DNA from: an uncultured Micrococcales bacterium
GTDB lineage: Bacteria; Actinomycetota; Actinomycetes; S36-B12; GCA-2699445
Length of the DNA: 33,714 nucleotides
Reading direction: 5' to 3'
Assembly (NCBI GenBank): GCA_903915555.1
Contig: CAIWTL010000379.1
Span: 1 to 33,714, forward strand
Shown in pieces: positions 30,653 through 33,714 of the stretch. Within the stretch, counting starts at the first letter, position 1. Each line of letters starts with the position of its first letter. The translations under genes and the position numbers were made by a program. The notes under the pieces were generated by a model. The model made no database searches, was not told where the DNA came from, and saw only the letters and a list, made by a program, of their open reading frames with translations.

Positions 30653-32105
30653 CAGCGACCGGGGTGACGGCGGGGCTCGCGGACGAGGCCGGCCCGGGAC
30701 CGGCGACGTTGTCCGCTCGCACGGTGAAGGTGTAGGCCGTCCCGTTCGAGAGCCCTGTGACGGTGCACCACGAGCGATCGACTGCTCTGCACTGGTGGTT
30801 GCCCGGTGTGGACGTGACGGTGTACGAGGTGGTCGAGGTGTTGCTCACCGCGTGGCCCCAGCGGACTGTGACCCGCGAGTCGCCCGACCGCACCCGGATC
30901 CGGCTGGGCGCCGCCGGCGCCTTCGCGGGCGGCGAATGCAGCAGCAGGTTCGGGGACGAGGACCGACCCATGGGGAATCGGACGGTTCCCCGGGTCGCGT
31001 TCGACAGGATCGTGTCCTGCAGTGCCTGCCCCGAGAGTTCCGGAGTCGTGCTCCACAGCAGGGCGGCGGCTCCCGTCACATGCGGCGCTGCCATCGACGT
31101 ACCGCTCTCGAGGCGGCCACTTGTCCCACTCATCGCCGTCGACCGGATCGCGACGCCGGGGGCATAGAGATCCACGCACTCGCCGTAGTTGGAGAACGTG
31201 GCCTCACGGTCGGAGTCGTCCGTCGCGCCGACGGTGAGGACGCTCGGTTCGCTGGCGGGGGAGAAACGGCACGCGTCGTTGCCGTCGTTGCCGGAGGCGG
31301 TCACCACGAGGCGCCCGCTGTCGGTCAGCGAACGAACCGCACGGTTGAGGGCCGGGCTGTAGTTCCCGCGGAGGCTGAGGTTGACGATCGCCTTGCGGGG
31401 CGCGTTGCGCGCCACCCAGTTCAGGCCCGAGAGGATGGCGCTCGTCGAGCCGCCGCCGTCGCAACCCAACACCTTCACCGGGTGCAGTTTCGCCGCGGGG
31501 GCCATCCCGAAGCGGTTCGACGCGATGATCCCCGCGACATGCGTTCCGTGTCCGTAGCAGTCGCGGATGCTGTTGCCGGTGGTGTACGCGCCCTTACCGA
31601 CCCGACCGGCGAACTCCGGGTGGTCGGGGATGAGCCCGCTGTCCACCACGTAGACACGGACGCCCTGCCCGGCGGACGTCGGTTCGAACCGCCCGTCGAG
31701 CGGCAGCTGGCGCTGATCGACGCGATCGAGCCCCCACGTGGCCGCGTCCCCGGCCGCCCGTGCGCGGCGCCCCGGTCCGGCGGCGGTGAAGGTCTGCTCA
31801 CGCTCCACCACGACACCAGACAGGGCGTCGAGCTCCTCGGCCTGCTCGGGACGCAACTCCGCGACGGTGCCGGTGTAGGCGGGTCCGGACACGGCATCGG
31901 TCTCGGCCCGGGGGGCGATGTCGTCGACGACGGCGGCCGGGTTCTGGGAACGCGTCGTCGTCACGATGTAGGAGTCGGCGGGTGATGAGGAGTCGACGGC
32001 GGTGTCGACGGCCGGGGGAGTCGCGGTGGCGGGGAGGGGGACGGCGGTCAGCGCAGCAGCCATGAGGGCAGCGATCGCTGCCCCGCCGGTCGCTCGTCTC
32101 ATCAC
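30636..32105 (-). CDS. Secreted S8 (subtilisin-like) serine peptidase with I9 propeptide and C-terminal fibronectin type III domain
   Basis: The catalytic triad blocks are VYVVDSGL (Asp), GHGTHVAG (His) and GTSMAAPHVTGAAALL (Ser). The propeptide is YIVTT...EREQTF. The FN3-like tail is PSRIRVRSGDSRVTVRWG...YTVTSTPG...CTVTGLSNGTAYTFTVRADN. The start is GTG 32105 or ATG 32102, after AAGGAGGG. Confidence 0.9.
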   Translation of the reverse strand: MMRRATGGAAIAALMAAALTAVPLPATATPPAVDTAVDSSSPADSYIVTTTRSQNPAAVVDDIAPRAETDAVSGPAYTGTVAELRPEQAEELDALSGVVVEREQTFTAAGPGRRARAAGDAATWGLDRVDQRQLPLDGRFEPTSAGQGVRVYVVDSGLIPDHPEFAGRVGKGAYTTGNSIRDCYGHGTHVAGIIASNRFGMAPAAKLHPVKVLGCDGGGSTSAILSGLNWVARNAPRKAIVNLSLRGNYSPALNRAVRSLTDSGRLVVTASGNDGNDACRFSPASEPSVLTVGATDDSDREATFSNYGECVDLYAPGVAIRSTAMSGTSGRLESGTSMAAPHVTGAAALLWSTTPELSGQALQDTILSNATRGTVRFPMGRSSSPNLLLHSPPAKAPAAPSRIRVRSGDSRVTVRWGHAVSNTSTTSYTVTSTPGNHQCRAVDRSWCTVTGLSNGTAYTFTVRADNVAGPGPASSASPAVTPVAVSQQG

Positions 32106-32292
32106 GGATCCGCCCTCCTTGACCAGTGTGGGGAAATCCGGGCGGGAAGCAAGCACGCGTCCCCAGGTGTGACCACATCGTGAGGACCCCAGACACCGTC
32201 CGAACCTCCCCCTGACCCGCGCAGCGGACGCCCGCCGCGATCACGGCTACCGTCATGGCGTGGAACACGAGTCAGGTCGGCGACGCCGATCC

Positions 32293-33267
32293 ATGCGGCG
32301 GGTCGCTGTCCTGGCGTCCATCGTCGCCGTCACAGCGTGCGCACCCACCGCCGCCGGACCCGCTCCCGCGACGCCGATCCCCGCCGAGCGCGTCGCCCTC
32401 GATCCTCGTACGACCCGGGTGGCCGACGGTGTCGTCGCCTGGGCCGAGATCGGCAGCGGTGGGGATCCCGTGGTGCTGCTCAACGGCACGGGGTCGCCGA
32501 TGGCGGAGTGGGACCCCGCACTGCTGGGACTCCTCGCGGGGAGCCGCCGCGTCATCGTCATGGACTACCCCGGCCTCGGGGCCTCCACGCCGCTGTCGGG
32601 ACGATTGACGTTCGAGCGTCTCGCCGACACCGTCGCGACCTGGCTGTCACGGATCGGTGTGACACGCGCGGACGTCCTCGGGTGGTCCATGGGAACATTC
32701 GTCGCCCAGCGACTGGCCGTCACCCACCCGGACCTGGTCGACCGACTCGTCCTGGTCGGCGGCAATCCCGGGGGTCGGGCCACTAAGCTCGGGCCACGGT
32801 GGGTGCAGCGCGCCGACAGCGACCCGACAGCGGGACTGCGCACCTATCTCGTCACCAACTACCCCCGCAATCGCTGCGCCCAGGCGGCAGGTCGCGCCTT
32901 CCTGCACCGTCAGGCGGCGGCAGTCGACTCCGGCCGCTACCCCCCCGACCGGGTGCCCGCACGCACCTATGACGCGATGGTGGCCGCCGAGGACCCGTGG
33001 CTGCGCTCCGACCGCAATCTCCGCCAGTTGGGCGGCATCACGGCGCCCACCTTGGTCCTGGTCGGCGGGGACGACGTCATCACACCCCCCGCGAACAGTC
33101 GCCGGCTCGCCGCCGCCATCCCCGGCGCGGGCCTCACGACGGTGCGAGGTGCCGGGCACTCCGTGCTCTTCCAGAGCCCCGTCGCGGCGGCCGGCATCGA
33201 CTCATTCCTGTCCGATCGGCTCGGGCCCGGCGAGCGGATACGGCTCGACAGCGGATGTCCCGGATGA
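32293..33267 (+). CDS. Lipoprotein alpha/beta-fold hydrolase
   Basis: The lipobox is MRRVAVLASIVAVTAC. The oxyanion region is VVLLNGTGS, the nucleophile elbow is GWSMG, and the catalytic His is in GAGHSVLFQ. Confidence 0.85.
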   Translation: MRRVAVLASIVAVTACAPTAAGPAPATPIPAERVALDPRTTRVADGVVAWAEIGSGGDPVVLLNGTGSPMAEWDPALLGLLAGSRRVIVMDYPGLGASTPLSGRLTFERLADTVATWLSRIGVTRADVLGWSMGTFVAQRLAVTHPDLVDRLVLVGGNPGGRATKLGPRWVQRADSDPTAGLRTYLVTNYPRNRCAQAAGRAFLHRQAAAVDSGRYPPDRVPARTYDAMVAAEDPWLRSDRNLRQLGGITAPTLVLVGGDDVITPPANSRRLAAAIPGAGLTTVRGAGHSVLFQSPVAAAGIDSFLSDRLGPGERIRLDSGCPG

Positions 33268-33289
33268 CCTCACCCATCCCGCCGGAACG

Positions 33290-33550
33290 TCAGGACGGCA
33301 GGCGCCCCCGGCGGCGCCGGCGAAGAATCGCCACGGTGATGACGACAGCCGCGGTGGCGGCGATGGCGATCCCGATCGCCGGAGCGAGTCTGCGTGTCTG
33401 CTCCGCGACCGCGGTCGCCCCGATCAGGGCTTCGTCGGTCTTCTCCAGGTACGAGTCCGCGCGGGCGAGTGCCTCTTGGACCTGGGCCAGTTCGCCGCGG
33501 AACGTCTCGACCTCGTGCTGTTGCTCGGCCAGTGTCTGGGTCATGCTCAT
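33290..33550 (-). CDS. Small coiled-coil protein with C-terminal TM anchor
   Basis: ATG 33550 lies 5 nt after GAGGAGGA. The sequence MSMTQTLAEQQHEVETFRGELAQVQEALARADSYLEK... is followed by the hydrophobic AIGIAIAATAAVVITVAIL and then RRRRRG. Confidence 0.6.
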   Translation of the reverse strand: MSMTQTLAEQQHEVETFRGELAQVQEALARADSYLEKTDEALIGATAVAEQTRRLAPAIGIAIAATAAVVITVAILRRRRRGRLPS

Positions 33551-33578
33551 GGGTGTCCTCCTCAACCGAACCTAACCA

Positions 33579-33713
33579 TCACAGACCCATCGTCGCCAGC
33601 GCCTGTGCGATGGTTCCGTGGTCACGCAGCGTCCTGAGTATCCGTTCCTCGACCTGCGGTGCGGGAACGTTGATGCCCGGAGCGAGCTCTCCTGTGGCCA
33701 CGGCCTCCGCCCC
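33579..33713 (-). CDS. 3' end of an unidentified ORF (5' part beyond window)
   Basis: The frame is open from the window edge: ...GAEAVATGELAPGINVPAPQVEERILRTLRDHGTIAQALATMGL*. GC3 is high. The stop is 28 nt upstream of the next gene on the same strand. Confidence 0.4.
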   Translation of the reverse strand, partial: GAEAVATGELAPGINVPAPQVEERILRTLRDHGTIAQALATMGL

Positions 33714-33714
33714 C

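Overview
High-GC actinobacterial-type chromosomal segment (G+C judged by eye at about two-thirds or more; not computed). Genes are densely packed, and many adjacent genes have 1-4 nt start/stop overlaps. There are no rRNA or tRNA genes. One tmRNA is present. Left to right: smpB (5' partial); a 3-gene operon (sphingosine-1-phosphate-lyase-like PLP enzyme, FGGY kinase, amidohydrolase); a CPA1 cation/proton antiporter; ssrA tmRNA (tag AKQNRTSFALAA); yefM-yoeB toxin-antitoxin; a DUF222-type HNH endonuclease; a class I SAM methyltransferase; tesB; a membrane protein; a decayed 3' remnant of a second HNH paralog; a secreted polyglycine/(PT)18 protein; a decayed ORF interrupted by an in-frame TGA; a PNPOx-like flavoprotein; an arsenic locus (arsR divergent from arsI/cadI-acr3-arsC); a molybdenum-cofactor locus (moaC, moaB::moaE fusion, moaA, MOT1-like transporter, moaD, divergent from mobA and moeA); opine dehydrogenase, aldehyde dehydrogenase and a DUF4239-like membrane protein; a secreted LAS-type putative peptidase; a POT peptide transporter; a DEAD-box helicase; a secreted hypothetical protein; an S8-FN3 protease; a lipoprotein alpha/beta hydrolase; a small tail-anchored protein; and a partial ORF at the right edge. 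I found no CRISPR array, IS element, integrase, restriction-modification pair or other recognisable defence system. The most unusual observations are: (i) a eukaryote-type MOT1 molybdate transporter translationally coupled between moaA and moaD; (ii) accessory DNA on both sides of ssrA, namely the S1P-lyase-like/kinase operon splitting smpB from ssrA, and TA + HNH downstream; (iii) a secreted polyglycine-domain gene that appears to have replaced the 5' halves of two divergent genes, leaving both as remnants; (iv) an opine dehydrogenase-ALDH cluster of unknown substrate. All functional calls rest on motif recognition from memory, not on database searches.
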